Below, piece after piece: positions 37,001 through 48,626 of a stretch of DNA of 64,000 bases. Under the pieces are notes generated by a model, which ran no database searches, was not told the DNA's origin, and saw only the letters and a list, made by a program, of their open reading frames with translations. The first letter of the stretch is position 1, and the number at the start of each line of letters is the position of its first letter. The position numbers were made by a program, and so were the translations under genes. The DNA is from Eimeria praecox (taxonomy: Eukaryota), in NCBI GenBank assembly GCA_963920595.1, contig OY986949.1, positions 2,914,001-2,978,000 of the forward strand. Direction: 5' to 3'.

Positions 37001-37308
37001 GCAAGCTTTCCTGTATCTTTTCCGCCCGGAAGGTCCTTCAGGTCAATCCAACCTGCAGAGACAGCGCAGAACCCGGCCAAGAACCCAGCAAGCGCTGCAG
37101 CGAAGAAGGCACGTTTTTCCTTGCTGGATGCAGATTTCGATCGCCTAGTTGAGGTGCCCAGTCGCGTGAAGTTCCAGGTGCTTCTCTCTGTATTGGGGGA
37201 GCTGTGACGGCCAATACGGAGGGATGCACTGAGATACGGCCCCCTTATGGCTGTTGAGCCGACTGCAGGATTTGCAGCAGACTCCCCGGCGTATCGCCCG
37301 TCCAGCAT
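34003..37308 (-). CDS. Single-exon 1101-aa Gln/Pro/Glu-rich protein with N-terminal membrane anchor, Tyr/Gly-rich block and helical C-terminal domain
   Basis: Long ORF with complex sequence at both ends: TM-like AFFAAALAGFLAGFCAVSAGWI after a basic stretch, about 480 aa of QQP/EPQQ/EPEHQQ repeats, a Y-rich segment, and a roughly 400-aa non-repetitive C-terminus containing a poly-K tract. Confidence 0.8.
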   Translation of the reverse strand: MLDGRYAGESAANPAVGSTAIRGPYLSASLRIGRHSSPNTERSTWNFTRLGTSTRRSKSASSKEKRAFFAAALAGFLAGFCAVSAGWIDLKDLPGGKDTGKLAYPPFFLADGTPNPNLYHHAQYQQEYPQQSQQQPYSLQPPQQPFPQQPPQQPFPQQPPQQPELQQQPPPPEPQQLPPPPEPPQLSPSPEPQQHPPSPEPQQQPPPPEPQQQPEPHQLQDQHPESGQAEPQLEQQQLESPPQQEQLGQQQQPEPQQGLHPEPQQQEQQPEQQQQPEGQQQLEQEPEQQQEPEHQQEPEQQQEPEHQQEPDHQQEPEHQQQEQQEHHEQLEEQEQQPEQRQQEPEEQEQQEPEHQQEPQQPQPQPPQQQEPPQQPQQPQPPQQQEPPQQQEPPQQEPPPQQEPPEPQQPQLPQQQEPPQPQQPQLPQQQELPQQEPPPQQEPPEPQQPELPQQQEPPQPQQPQLPQQQELPQQPEQPQQPQQPQQPQQLQQPQQPQQPQQPQQPPPQPQQPPQQPQQPPPQPQQPPPQPQQPPPQPQQPPPQPQQPPQQPQQPQQPPQQPQQPPQQPPQHQPQQPQQPQQPQQPQQPQQVEQQQEQVPQQPEQVPPQPAQQQLLPGQSPYGQQYPQYGGEGGEAAYYVPGGEYDMGPYYYWPGGEAGQNYYWESTGPYAYPGYGGPVVYDPAAAAGWPVGAPAGPEAAGAYAAGGPTSAAGQGPQALTQEALMAVNDGLCFPVTGWVVTYKSMSEEVRQRLAAEYTFRPDGATAEDGLFEHFARLITEVRAVAPRSGADPQLVEAHNRRTAFLTALLEATTERLKGIEDRLCIFADFADYSAPLAKAGSQPQKAEGSKGMQRGSGSSILSPGRESTNSLASAGLGQSEEGVEYSYFLEALNRHVGDLGEKIEEVKKKEAKKKKKKKKKKQRDVTRAEAERLADFLGAARGRLNEDKKIPSMMMMAFLKAAKGAATAKGGGSAQRKAGSPWKYDASWATEAAWQLARRAETEGGLAFEEAAQFLITFGADLSTLRACQYHHPTFVNQFEENWTGEALDEAWQNITQNEREKRAKVQEAKMSVLLVVQELVNQCGSRSARADAQLLQAAIALL
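35530..36910 (-). repeat. Coding tandem repeats (CAG/CCG/GAG-derived QQPPP, EPQQQ, EPEHQQ units)
   Basis: Higher-order units such as ggctgctgcggctgcggcggc and ctccggctcctgctggtg are repeated many times. Confidence 0.9.
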
Positions 37309-38849
37309 TTCAGAGAGAAGAAGGAGGGAGGCGGCAAAGGGGGCGCCCCACGGCCTTCTTAGGCGTGCGCTGGCAGGCCTTCCTTCACCTGGGAAGGAGC
37401 TGAGGGCGAAAAGGGCACAAGCTCGCGCCCACGTCAGCGAAAAGGTAAGGCATTCATTATAGAAAAGGAGAATATCAAAAGGTTATAGTGTCGCCCTACA
37501 GAAGGGAAAATGTGACCAACTTCAAAATAGGCTGCCCAGAGGCTTAGCCGAACACGGCGTGCCGTATGGGAGCGAATGACGGGGACTGGTGAGAGACAGT
37601 AAAGAGATTAGGCAAAATGCCACACGCTTAGATCCCCTCACAACTAACAAACACCATAAGTTTTAAAGCACAAGAGTACCATTTTTCGCTTCCCTACCGT
37701 CTTCTCCGTGTGGGATCCTCAATCAGCCAAACCCCAGATCCCCCCCTTTGTTACTTCGCTTTCGGCAAGACAGATTGGCGCGGAGAGTTTCCTCTTTTGC
37801 TAACATTGCTGTCCCCCTCTCTTAGCCCAAGCATATTTTGTTGTAACTGGCGATTATTTCACGGAAATGCTCTTGAGGGACCGCATATATCGCTTCGCTG
37901 CACCGACCCTGGGCGCGATAAGCAGTGCGTATAGGCGTCACTAAGAAGGCTGCGCAATATATTCTAAATGACTTAATAGGGAACCGACGCAGTTCGTAAG
38001 CATGAAATGCACCACTGCAAGTGGACAATTCATCTACCTTTCTACTCCGTGATAATTGTCTGCTGCGCAGAGAAGAACCCTTTCGCCTGCCTTTGTACTG
38101 GCAAAGTCTAATGAGGCCTGCAAGAGCCCAAAGGTGTATCCAAATTTATGCGCAGATTAGTTAATGAGCGCCAAATCAGTATTAACACATATTAAGCAAT
38201 GATTCAAGGTGTTGGTGCATACACTGGAAGGATGCTAACTTAATATACCGAGTGTTCTAGTTCTTTTGGCACCCGTTGTGAGGTGCAGTGGAGCCAATGC
38301 CTTAAAGAAAGCAGTCGCACAGAACATCTGAGTTCCCTTACAATCAACTGGACTCCTCAGAAAAGCGACCCAAGGGCCTGGAGCTTGTGGAGGCGCGCCT
38401 GTCATGTCATGGGCTGTAACGCACCTTGCTACAATTAGTGCTTCATTGCAGCAGAGTGCCGCAGCGCACGCTGGTACAATTAATCCTTTTGCTAAATGCT
38501 CTAGCACTGTAGACTGTAGTGTAATCAGCCGTCAAGCACTTTGTTGCTCAGCCACAGTGAGCTTACCAGCAAGGAGGGATACAAGTATCAAAATCGCACA
38601 CGGAATGCTGCACGCAGCCCTGTAGCGCGTTACTTCTAAGGCCGGAAGATATACTCTACTTGCGTGCAAGTTCCATAAGGCCAAGAGCGTGGCCATCAGT
38701 TTTCTATCGCGTTAGTGCAAATATCGACGTGCGTGTTGGGCAAACTCACATGTGGTGTCGCGTTCCAGTAAGCAATCTAGCAAGATGCGTTGTAACTTAT
38801 GACAGATCCGACACCATTTCCGCACGATAATCAGGCTTCCAGGCTTCTG

Positions 38850-41800
38850 TAGGCATGACAAGTGGAGGGTGGAGGGGAGACGAGCTGCTTCGGGGAAACT
38901 CTTTTCAAAGTCACTGACTCAAATGCAGCTCACAATACTCCTCTGCAAAGGTCGAGGATCTTCGTTGCACCTGGCAGGTGCCACAAGTCGGTAGGTACAC
39001 GTAGGCTTTAACGCCGCATCTGGCCTAACTGGTTTATAGCACTCGTTAGTAGGGAAGGTGCCTTATGGAGGACATGTAAAGATGCTGTTCGTCCGTGTTT
39101 ACCCACAAGATTTTTGTCAATCATTCAGGGATTCGGCGCCTAGATGGACTGGGGAGAGGAAACTAAGAGGTGAGGTGGTGGAACTGTCGAGATGAAGAAG
39201 AGCGTATGCAATGAAGAAAGGAAACGTCTGCTTGTACCTTCCTAGCTGAGAAAGAATGAAACCGCTTGGGGACTACCTCACATATAGACACTGTTAACAG
39301 TTAGGCTGCGAATCTCTGCTGCGACAGAAAGCAAAGGAAACCGGAACAGGGGGAAGGAGGCGAATCCGACACTCAACAAGTTGGGGGGATGTACGCACTT
39401 GCTTCTTCTGCAGCAGCAGAGCCTGGGGTTCCAAACTTATGATAGAAAAGCTAAGGAACTGGAGAAGCAAGCCTTTGAGCAGCGTAGCCAGAGTAACAAA
39501 TGAAGCGATCAAGGAAATGCCCTGTCCCCCACGCAACACGCTGGGCAGGGATGGGGACAACAGAGAGGACAACTGGGCCTGAAGATCGTCTTCGATTCAG
39601 CTCTCTGCGTATCCAAGTTCGTACTAGCGTTTATGAGTTGCTACTGCTACTTGACTTAGGTAGTGAAATGGATCTGATATCTAACGCTACGACGAAGAGG
39701 GGAAACCTGTTTGCCTATTCATTGGCTCCGTGCCTACGAATACGCTTCACCAGTGGTTCGCAGGACAGCATGATCGAGGCCGCAATGGGCAAGAATTGAG
39801 AGTTCAATTTGCAAATGAATCGTAATACATGATACAGGGCATTTATATTGAACTAGTGCATCACCTAGACATGACGTGGTTGACACAGTGAAACTGCAGC
39901 TGCTGTCACCAAAAAACATTATTGAAATATATGTGCTGGAAAGCAATAAGTAAGCGCGCCTCTGTGCTCTCCCAACAGCGAGTGCACTCACTACAGTAAC
40001 GGGAGTTGATTCAGTCTACCAAGAAGGCACGAGCGAGGAAGCCCCTATGCAGTACAGAGAGACCAGCCAAAAACGGAAGAGATATGCAAGGTCTCCGTCG
40101 TGAATGTCTCGCTAGGGGGGATGCAAGCCAAGTATATCCAGGGTATCCCAAACGTGGCCGAATACGCAGTCTCTTGACGCCCTAGTGTTAGACACTGCTT
40201 TGTGCATGCGCTGAAACACCAGCGTAGTTTAAGCAAATTTGCCGTGTTATGAGTGCTGTTCTCCGGTATTAAATTGCAGATATGCTTAATAAACATTCTA
40301 CCGCTGAAAGAGGAGGCGTTCGTACTGCTCTTGTTGCTGTTTAGCACATGATAGCGGAGCAAACTGGACTCTTTACAGCTCCTAGTGTTGCCTTCTGCAG
40401 CGCGGCTGGGTTACAGTGTGGGCGAAAGGCTGGACTGACGTGCATTAGAAATCCCGGAGACGCCTAGTCAATGATGCTAAGGTGGCCAGAAGTGCTTCCA
40501 TCGGTTGGCTGGTTCAGTGCGGGGCGTGAACTGGGTTGAGCTTCTTTTACTTGCGTGAGGATCAACTACCCTACAACGGTCAAGCAAGCGGGAAGCAGTA
40601 GATGCCGGACGAGCCCAAAAATGTTGAATCCCTGCCTAAAATGTGGAAAATATAAGGCCTTATGTACAGTTCCGCCGAGCTATTCGAAGGGAGAAGGAGG
40701 GAGTACATCGCCAAGGAAGTTAACTCCGGAGAGCAAACATATAGAAGCATGTAAAGGGATGTAAGTCCCTCTACACAAACAACAGAGCTATTGACCGCAA
40801 ATGTTTGTACGGGGCTCGCCATTATTTGGAACCGCGCGCGCTCAAGCTTGTAACTGCTACTGCCCAATCAAGCAGGGCAACTAGATGTTCCTAAGGAATT
40901 GCTTCGCTCAAGCGTTCCTCCCCAAACCAACTCGATATTCCAACGACCTGGCCACTTAGCCTAATATCACCGTTTTCTGTGCTTGATGCGCGTCCTTACA
41001 TGCCTCTCCCGGCATTATTATTATTATTAAACCAATACCTCTCTGCGTAGTACAGGAGGGCTTCTCCACTGGCTTCTAGAAACACATTGCTGCCATTTTC
41101 GAGGGCGCGATCAAGGAATATCCGGAGGTTCTCTGAACCGCTTTAGAAAATTGGCAATGATAGTAAGGTTGCATCTCCGCGTTAGGAGCAAGCCGCAGAT
41201 TTTAACGAGCTTGTGGCCACAGGAGACAAGAGCGAAGGACCCTGACCTCCGCACACTTCATTGGCTTCTACTCCTGCGCTCCCCGCAGAGTTCGCATTCG
41301 TTAAGTTCAAGACGCCAGCAATGGCTGCCGAAAATCATTTGTCATTATGGCTTGTCGGCCATTTCTGTGACTTCTTCGTACGTCCCCATGCAGCTGCAGG
41401 CTGTGTGGGGAACTCTCTAGCTGTGGGCGTACGAGGCTTGTAGCCAACAACATCTGCTCAACCCAAGTTGCTTCGGTACATTCCACATAAACAAAAGAAT
41501 AATGGGTAGAAGTATGCACTGATGCATTGCGAACACATGACTGTCAACGGCCTAAAAATGGGTGCCCACACAGAGCACTTTACTTCTTCTCGAGCATCCA
41601 GTCCGCCCGTGCACACCGGGCCAAGGGCGTGGGTCTGGTGGGAACACGCGCCAGCTTGGCAAGGGCTGCAACGCACCTTGCTTCAACTGGTGCTATATGG
41701 CAGCCTCACACCCCATGCACAAACAATACCGGTTTACTGCGTGCGCGAGCATTGTAAGCTATGGTTGTATTAACCGTTGTTAACTACTTACTTGGCCCTT

Positions 41801-42970
41801 AGGAGCTAGTTTGCACGCAAGAAGAAGCGTGTGCGCCAACTTTGGGCAAATTATGTTTGTAACGAGTGTGGTCGGTGCTAGTCGAAAGCTGTCTTGGGGT
41901 GCAATAGAGTCACATAATTAAAGAAAGGGCTACCCAAAAGCAGATGACCTCCCCTTCAGCCTCCAGTACAAAGCGGGACACGCGCCTGGAGCTGCTGGGG
42001 AGACGGACAGGCCTACCACGAGCTGCCTAAGCATGGCTGCAGCTAGCGCTGCAAGGCAACTCAACATGCAAGGACAGCACTAAACCTTGGGTGCATGCGC
42101 CAACATTTTACCATCTCGCGTATACTTTAGTTAAACACTTGCTTGATTCTCCCTAGTGAGCCTGCGAGCAAGTGGGGATACGAGTACCAACGTCACGCAG
42201 TTGTTGTACTGCTGGCACCCCGCCAGACCTGCATCCTCCGAATGGCATCAGCCCGCATGCGGCTGCTCCGAAACTTGAAAGGTCGAATGCTTCTGCAATG
42301 GGCAGGATACCACTCCTAAATGCTCGTAAGTCTACTCAAGACTGGACGGCATGCGCAGTGCTCGGCCGTACAGCCCCAACCATCTGTGCGTTACTCGAAA
42401 GCCTGCTAATATTAACCAAGAGCAAAGGCCCAAAGGCCACACAGCCTTCACCAGACACTGTTGTATATGCTCAACAATAACCAGTGCAAAAAGCACGCGC
42501 CACACCCAACCGCCTGCACAGTATAGGGGTTCCGCCCGAATCTGCTCGCCCCATCCGTCCTGTGAAAGCATTCATATGAGCACTCGATCTAAGACATGCA
42601 CATCAATTTTCCTTTGAACATGACCTTTTCTACGTGCACGCCTCACCACTCCACTGCCCCACTGCGTGCCCGAAAATATCCTACCCCCACAGAGTCAGTC
42701 ACCCCCCTCCTCTCAACTTTGTCGCCTCCTCCTACGCAACTTCCGCTTATTGCTACCACGGAAGTGGCGGTGGCTGTTTGTGGTATGATTCTGCCGAGCT
42801 TCAACGGTTTCCACAGGTGTCTGTCCACCTCCCACAAGCTCGCTACCCATACAAAGGCAGCGCCGACTGTTTGCCGGGTTATGGGGTGGCTGTAACTCGA
42901 TGTGGAAAGGATGAATGCAATATCAGCATAATGACTCGTGAACTGCCTACAATTATTCAGGGTTGTGCCG
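38850..42970 (+). mobile_element. Near-full-length fossil chromovirus (Ty3/gypsy LTR retrotransposon): gag-ZF-PR-RT-RH-IN-chromodomain
   Basis: Zinc knuckle RTCFFCSS (39400); protease LRIQVRTSVYELLLLLDLGSEMDLIS...IRFTSG (39600-39760) and LDMTWLTQ; RT traces PYAVQ..EEICK, VLFSGIKL, MPDEPKNVESLPKMW; RNase H DPDLRTLHWLL..LSSRRQQWL..HYGL..SYVP (41230-41420); integrase PWVHAPTFYHLAYT..DSP (about 42085-42155) and QYRGSARI (GPF motif); chromodomain-like EVAVAVCGMIL and PGYGVAVTRCGKDECNI (42760-42925). LTRs were not identified. Confidence 0.75.
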
Positions 42971-43934
42971 CAGAGGCAGCCGAAGCAGCAGCCGCGCAAA
43001 CCCCCCAAAACGAGAGTGGCCCTCCTGCTCGTGGGGAGGGCCGAGGTTGCTGCAGGGAAGAAGCGCTCTCACGTTAAATATGTCTTTAAATTATCTATGC
43101 TTTGTTTATTCTGGAAACGTAAATTTGTAACATAGAATTGCAAGGAGGGGAGTATTGTTTGGGGCTGGGGGGCCTCTTGTGTTGCCGCTTAGAGGGGGGA
43201 ACGGGCTACAGAGTGCCAGAGCTGCTGCCCAGGTGACTGTACACTCGAAAATGCAGGGGCTTTGTCCTCCCCATTCTCCTTCGTTTTTATACGGCAGGCT
43301 TTAGCAGCTGCCCCTCTCCTCAGCGCCTCAAGGAGCCCACGCCTTGTGTACTGCAGCAGCGGCAGCAGCTCCTGCTGCTGCCGCAGTGCACAGCAGCAGC
43401 AGCAGTGGCAGCAGCAGCTGCGCTGCTGCTGCAGACGCAGAGGAGGGCCCCCCTGCAGCAAGAGGTACCACCATAATCCAAAGAAACGTCTTTCTCCCAC
43501 CGTGCCGTGCCTGCACGTCTGGTGGTGGCGCCCGCAGCAGCAGCAGCAGCAACGGGACCAGCACTACCAAGAGGCGGGGGAGCAGCAGCAGCAGAGCTGT
43601 CTTGATACGGGGGTTATCTGAGGCCATAGAGTAACCGGATTCGCCCGATTGCGATAAGCAGGGCTGTTTAGGGGCGCACTCACGAGCATAGGGGCCCCCT
43701 GCTTATACTTGGGGCCCCTGGGAAAGTTAACGCAGCAGCTCACAGCTTCACGGCCTGGCAGTTGGCCGCTGAGGCAACTTATCGGACGCTTCACTGGCCT
43801 CACCTGGGTCAGAACGGTGCAATCTTCTCCAAAAACCACCTCAGCCACAACAGCAGCAGAAGCAGCGGCAGCAAGTAGGAAGCAGCAACTGCAGGATCAC
43901 CAGCTGGACAGGCAACGTTGCTTCCTCTACCCTA

Positions 43935-45848
43935 ATGGTCGAGGAGGCCCCCGAGGGGGCCCCCCTGGGGGCCCCTGGGCCGCCGCCCACTCAGTCCAAC
44001 GCGGTGGCGCACCTGTCTGCTGCTCGTTATCTCGTGCGAGAGGGTCAGCTGCTGCTGAGGGGGACGGGACCCCTACCACCGGGGGGCCCCTCGGCGGCCC
44101 CCCTTTCGCCGCTCCAGTTGCAGAACTTGCTGCACGTTTATCAGCTCTGCGAGCAAGCGCTGAAGCATCTTGATGCGTGTGGCCTGCCTCTGGGGCCTTT
44201 GAGGGGCACTCACCAGAACGACGGAGACCTAACAGCAGCAGCAAGAAGGAGGCTGCAGCAGGAGCTGCCGGAGGCGATGGAGAAGGCTGGAAAAGCCCAG
44301 GGTTTCTTTGCTCTTGTAACCATGGCGGAGGCACTGAGAGCTATGGGTAAGGCGCTGCTGCTGTTGCTTCTGTTGCTTCTCCTGTAGCGCCGTATCTACT
44401 GCTGCTGTTGTTACTGTCGCAGCTCTTGCTGCTTCCTTGGGCGCTGCGTGCTCCCGGGACCGCTCCCTACGTCGTTGTTTCCCTGCTGCGGCGCGACAAT
44501 ACCTCAGAATCAGTAGCAGCAACACAGTGGCGAGGCAGCAGCAGCACAGCCGCGGTGCAGCAGCAGCATAGAAGCAGCAGGAACTGCATTAGTGTCTGCT
44601 GCTTGAATGTGCGGGCTTGCAGGCAACTATGAAGACAGTCTTCTATGCTACACGGAGAGCTTGCAGTGGACCGAAGGCCTATGTGGGGCGGCTGAGCAGA
44701 TGCGCGCCCTCTTAGCTGCTGCTGCACTTATGTCCAACGTCGGCAGACACACGGCACTGGCAGCAGAAGCTGCAGAAGCAGCAGAAGCGGCCAAAGCTGC
44801 TGCTGCTGCTGCTGCTGCTGTTACTGCTCCCCCAAACCGCAAGGGAGGCGGTGCATCAGCGGCAGCTGCTGCGGCTGCTGCCGTAGCAGGTGGAACGGAC
44901 TCCGGCACGACTGCGGCATGTGTTGCAGCACGTGCCGCTGGAGGCAGCAGCAGCAGCAGCAGCAACAGCAGCAGGAGCTGGAGGCCCCTCAGGAGCCTCA
45001 TGTCTTCACATCACAGGGGCCTTGGTCTGGCAGAAATCAGAGGCCTAAGGTACTGCCGATTTGCGCTAGAGAGCGTCTTGCTGTTGTCCCCTGGGCATCC
45101 CGAAGCGGCAGCTAGACTTGTAAAGGTGCTTTTGCTGCAGGGCGACTTCCCTGCTGCTGCGAGGGCGCTGCAGCATGTGCTGCAGCACCAACTCAGCTCT
45201 TCTGTACATACACCCCGGAAAATACTGTGGCTTAGAGGACTACTGCAGGGAGACGCTGCTGCTGCTTCGGCTGCTGCCAGTTTCCTTGCTAATGCCCATA
45301 ATCTTGCAGACAAGGCCAGCAGCAGCTCTAGTAACAGCAGCAGCGGCAGCAGCAACAGTGTTGATGCAGCAGCCGAAGCAGAGGCGTACGATAAAGACTT
45401 GGCCGCGCAGTTCCTGAAGCAGCAGCAGCAGCGACTCAAACTGCAGCTCGCAGCTCTCAAAGCTGAGGGTGAGCTCCAGTTGCTGCTCTTGCTGCTGCTG
45501 GTGCCGCTAGTACTACTACTGCTGCTGCTGGTGTGGTATGCAACACCTCATATTTCTACCCTTGTGTGTTGCGAGGCGTCTGTGCTGCAGATGCTGCTGT
45601 AGTTGAGGCCCTGAGGGGAGGCACAAAGGCCTCCTTCAGGCCTCTCCTGTTACCCCTGCCTCTGAAAGCTGCCAGCGCAGCAGCAGGGTCGAATGCTGCC
45701 GCTGCTGCTGCTGCTGCCGGACCAGCGGCAGAGTCTTCTTCTCAGGTTGCACTTGTGATGGATGCGTTAAGACACGCATTTCTTCAGGACAGCTCGAGCG
45801 AAAGCATCAAGTAGGCTGCTGGGCTTCCTGCTGCGTTTGCTGATGTGT

Positions 45849-45879
<31 letters not shown>

Positions 45880-48594
45880 AGTTCCAGCTGCTGCAGATGG
45901 GAAGGATTGCAGCTAGTGAAGGTGCTTCATTGCTGTTGCTGTGGTTCCTGCTGCAGTCTTGCTCATGCTGCGAGCGCTCCGGCTGTCCTAGTGGCGCGGG
46001 ACGGCTCCCTGTCGTTGCCTGCTCCAGCAGCAGCAGCAGGAGCAGCAGCAGCAGCTGCTGCTGCTGGGGCGGTTACACCTGCAGAGACAGCAGCAACAGT
46101 CTCACCAACGGCGGCACCAGCTGCTGCGCATGCAACAGCTTCTGGTGCTGCGCTGCATCGTAGTAGCAGCACCAGTTGGCTGTGGGGCGGTCCTTGCTTG
46201 CAGCAGCAGCAACAGCAGCAACAGCAGCGCAGCAGGGGACGGCTGCGGAATGAAAAGCCCCGGCGTCTCAAGTTTCTCCAGGTGGGTTTAGGGTGTCTCT
46301 GTAGGGCGGGCTTTTCTATGCAAATGCTGTGTCTTCTATGGTGATGCAGCATTTGCTGCTGCTTGCTTTACTGGTTTTGCTGCTGCAGTCCGTTTGATGC
46401 TTCAGCTTTGGTTGGTCCATTTGGTGCTGCTGTTTGATTTGCTGCTCCTTTCACGCTGCACTTGCTGCAGCATTCGCGGCCTGTACTGCATTTGCTGCTG
46501 GTGCTGCTGGTTGGGTTGCCGTTGCAGGAGAGCGATGCCTGGCAGTCGAAGACCCCGTTTTCTCTGTGGAAGGCCTGGGGCGCGCTGCTGCGGATGCCGG
46601 CGGCGCACAGAGAGGCGGCCCTGAGCAGCCCGGCGTTTGAACACAATGCTGCGATTGATGTTCTTTGGGGGGACTTCTCTGTGTTCTCACATTTGCTGGG
46701 GGGAACGGGAGGGAGCGAGGCGGGTGCTGCTGCTGCTGCTGCGGCGTCGGCAGGTGCAACAGCGCTACCTGCAACGGGAGCGCCTGCGGCTGGTGCTGCG
46801 GCGGCTGCAGCGGCTACGGCTGCTTCGCAAGCCCCCTCCAGAACTTCTAGCAGCAGAACGAACGCAGCTGCTGCATCAAAGGCAGCAGCAGCGCAGCTGC
46901 AGCCGCCATCCAGTGTGGCGCTGCCGGTAGTGCCACCTCCTTCTCTTCAGTGGACCCTGTGGCAGCTGCAAACAACAATCGACTCCATCTTGTAAGCGGG
47001 GGAGGCGTGCTTGCTGCTCTTGCTGCTGCTCATGCTGCTGCTTTTGCTGCAGGTTTGCTGTCCGCGTCTCAGTTGTTGGCGGCAGCTCTAGCACAGAGGA
47101 GTGCATGTTATGCTTGCTGTTGCTCAGGGTCGGTAGGGATACCGCAGTGGACAAGGCGGAGGAGGCAGCAGCAGCAGCAGACAGCAACGGTAACAGCAAT
47201 CAGCCGCAGTCACCGCAGCAGCAGCAGCAACTGGACAGGGAAGCGGGGGAGACGGCGCTGCTGCAACAGCTGGCTGCCTCTTTCGGTGTCTCTTCAGCTC
47301 ACCCCCGCAGCGTAGAGATGTCTCTGCTGGAAGCTTCTCTGAAGGTGAGGCAGACGGGAGCAAATATTTTCTGCTGTTCTTGTCTGCGTGCCCCTATACT
47401 ACTCTGTTTGAGTTAAGGTCTGGCTGTCTTCTTCCTGTATGTTTCTGTCTGTCGTTGCTGCCTGAGTGCAATCGAGAGCTAGTTGCAGCACATTGCTGTT
47501 TCTTTAAAACCCGACTCTCTCGCGCTTTTGTTGCTCCTGCTGCTGCTGCTGCAGATGGTGGAAGCCCTGTTGTCTCCCCAAGGCTTGGATTGCCGCTGGC
47601 CCGAGGCGCTTTGGGGTCAGCGTGTGTCTCTGCGGCTGCGAGACCTGCTGCAGCTGCTGCTGGGGGTAGGCACGGCTCTGGCAGCCGAGCTTCCGCCCGC
47701 AGCAGCAAAGAAGGAGAGCAGCAAGGAGGCAGTAGCAAACCTCTCGGCTTCGCTGCCTCCGACGGAGGTCTGGGCCAGAGTCTGTCTCGCTGCAACGAGT
47801 AAGCTGCTGCTCTGGCTGAGCCTTTATCCCCCACCTTTACTGCTGAATCCGCGTTTTTCACTCTTGCTGCTGCTGCTGCTGTGTGCTGTGCTCAGCGGCG
47901 GCAGGACAAACCGCTAAACATGCGAAAGCCCTGCAGCAGTTTCTCACAGGCGGCACGGCGGAGCGGGCGGCACTCGCTCTTATGCATGCAGCAGCAGTGG
48001 CATTGGACGCCCACCCGAATCAGCAACAACAGTTGCAGCAGCAGCAGCTTCAGCAGCAACAGCTTCCTGTGGCTGAGGCGCAGGAGCTGCTGGATGTAGC
48101 AGGGGATCTTTTGTACGCAGTCTCTGCTGCGCTGCAGTGCAGCAGCAGCGGGAGCAGCACAGAAACTACCGAGACAGCAGCAGCGGCAGCCCCAGCAACA
48201 GGGAAGAGGATGCGCAGCAGGCTGCAGCGCTCCATGGCCTGGTTAATGGTGCTGCAGCGGCACTCGGCAGCAGCAAGAGGAGAGCTCCCAGGAGGAAATG
48301 CTGCTGCACCAGCAAATGCCTCGGACGATGCAGCAGCACACGTGGACAGAGGGGAAGGGTCTGCTGCTGCATTGAGTGCACTCTTCCTGCTTCTTGACGA
48401 CCTCAGTCCCCAGCAGCAGCAGGAGCAGGAACAGGAGCAGCACGAACAAGATTTGTTGCCGTCTTTGGATTACCTCCGGTCTCAGGCTGTTGCTGCAGTG
48501 CTGGCTGAGGGCCTCGAGGTGCACGAGCTGCTGCAGTCCGACCCGCGCGCAGCTGCCCTTTTTTCGGGTTCGTTGTCAGCCGCGAAGCAGCGGG

Positions 48595-48626
<32 letters not shown>

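Noticed and set aside
35166..37148. 660-aa Ala-rich ORF and Leu/Arg-rich ORFs on the plus strand
   Set aside because: They are antisense shadows of the Q/P repeat region of the 34003-37308 gene and have no complex sequence of their own.
43189..43848. Short hydrophobic minus-strand ORFs upstream of the Hir3-like gene
   Set aside because: The hydrophobicity comes from CTG repeats, and there is no domain or convincing splice pattern. This is probably 5' UTR or promoter.
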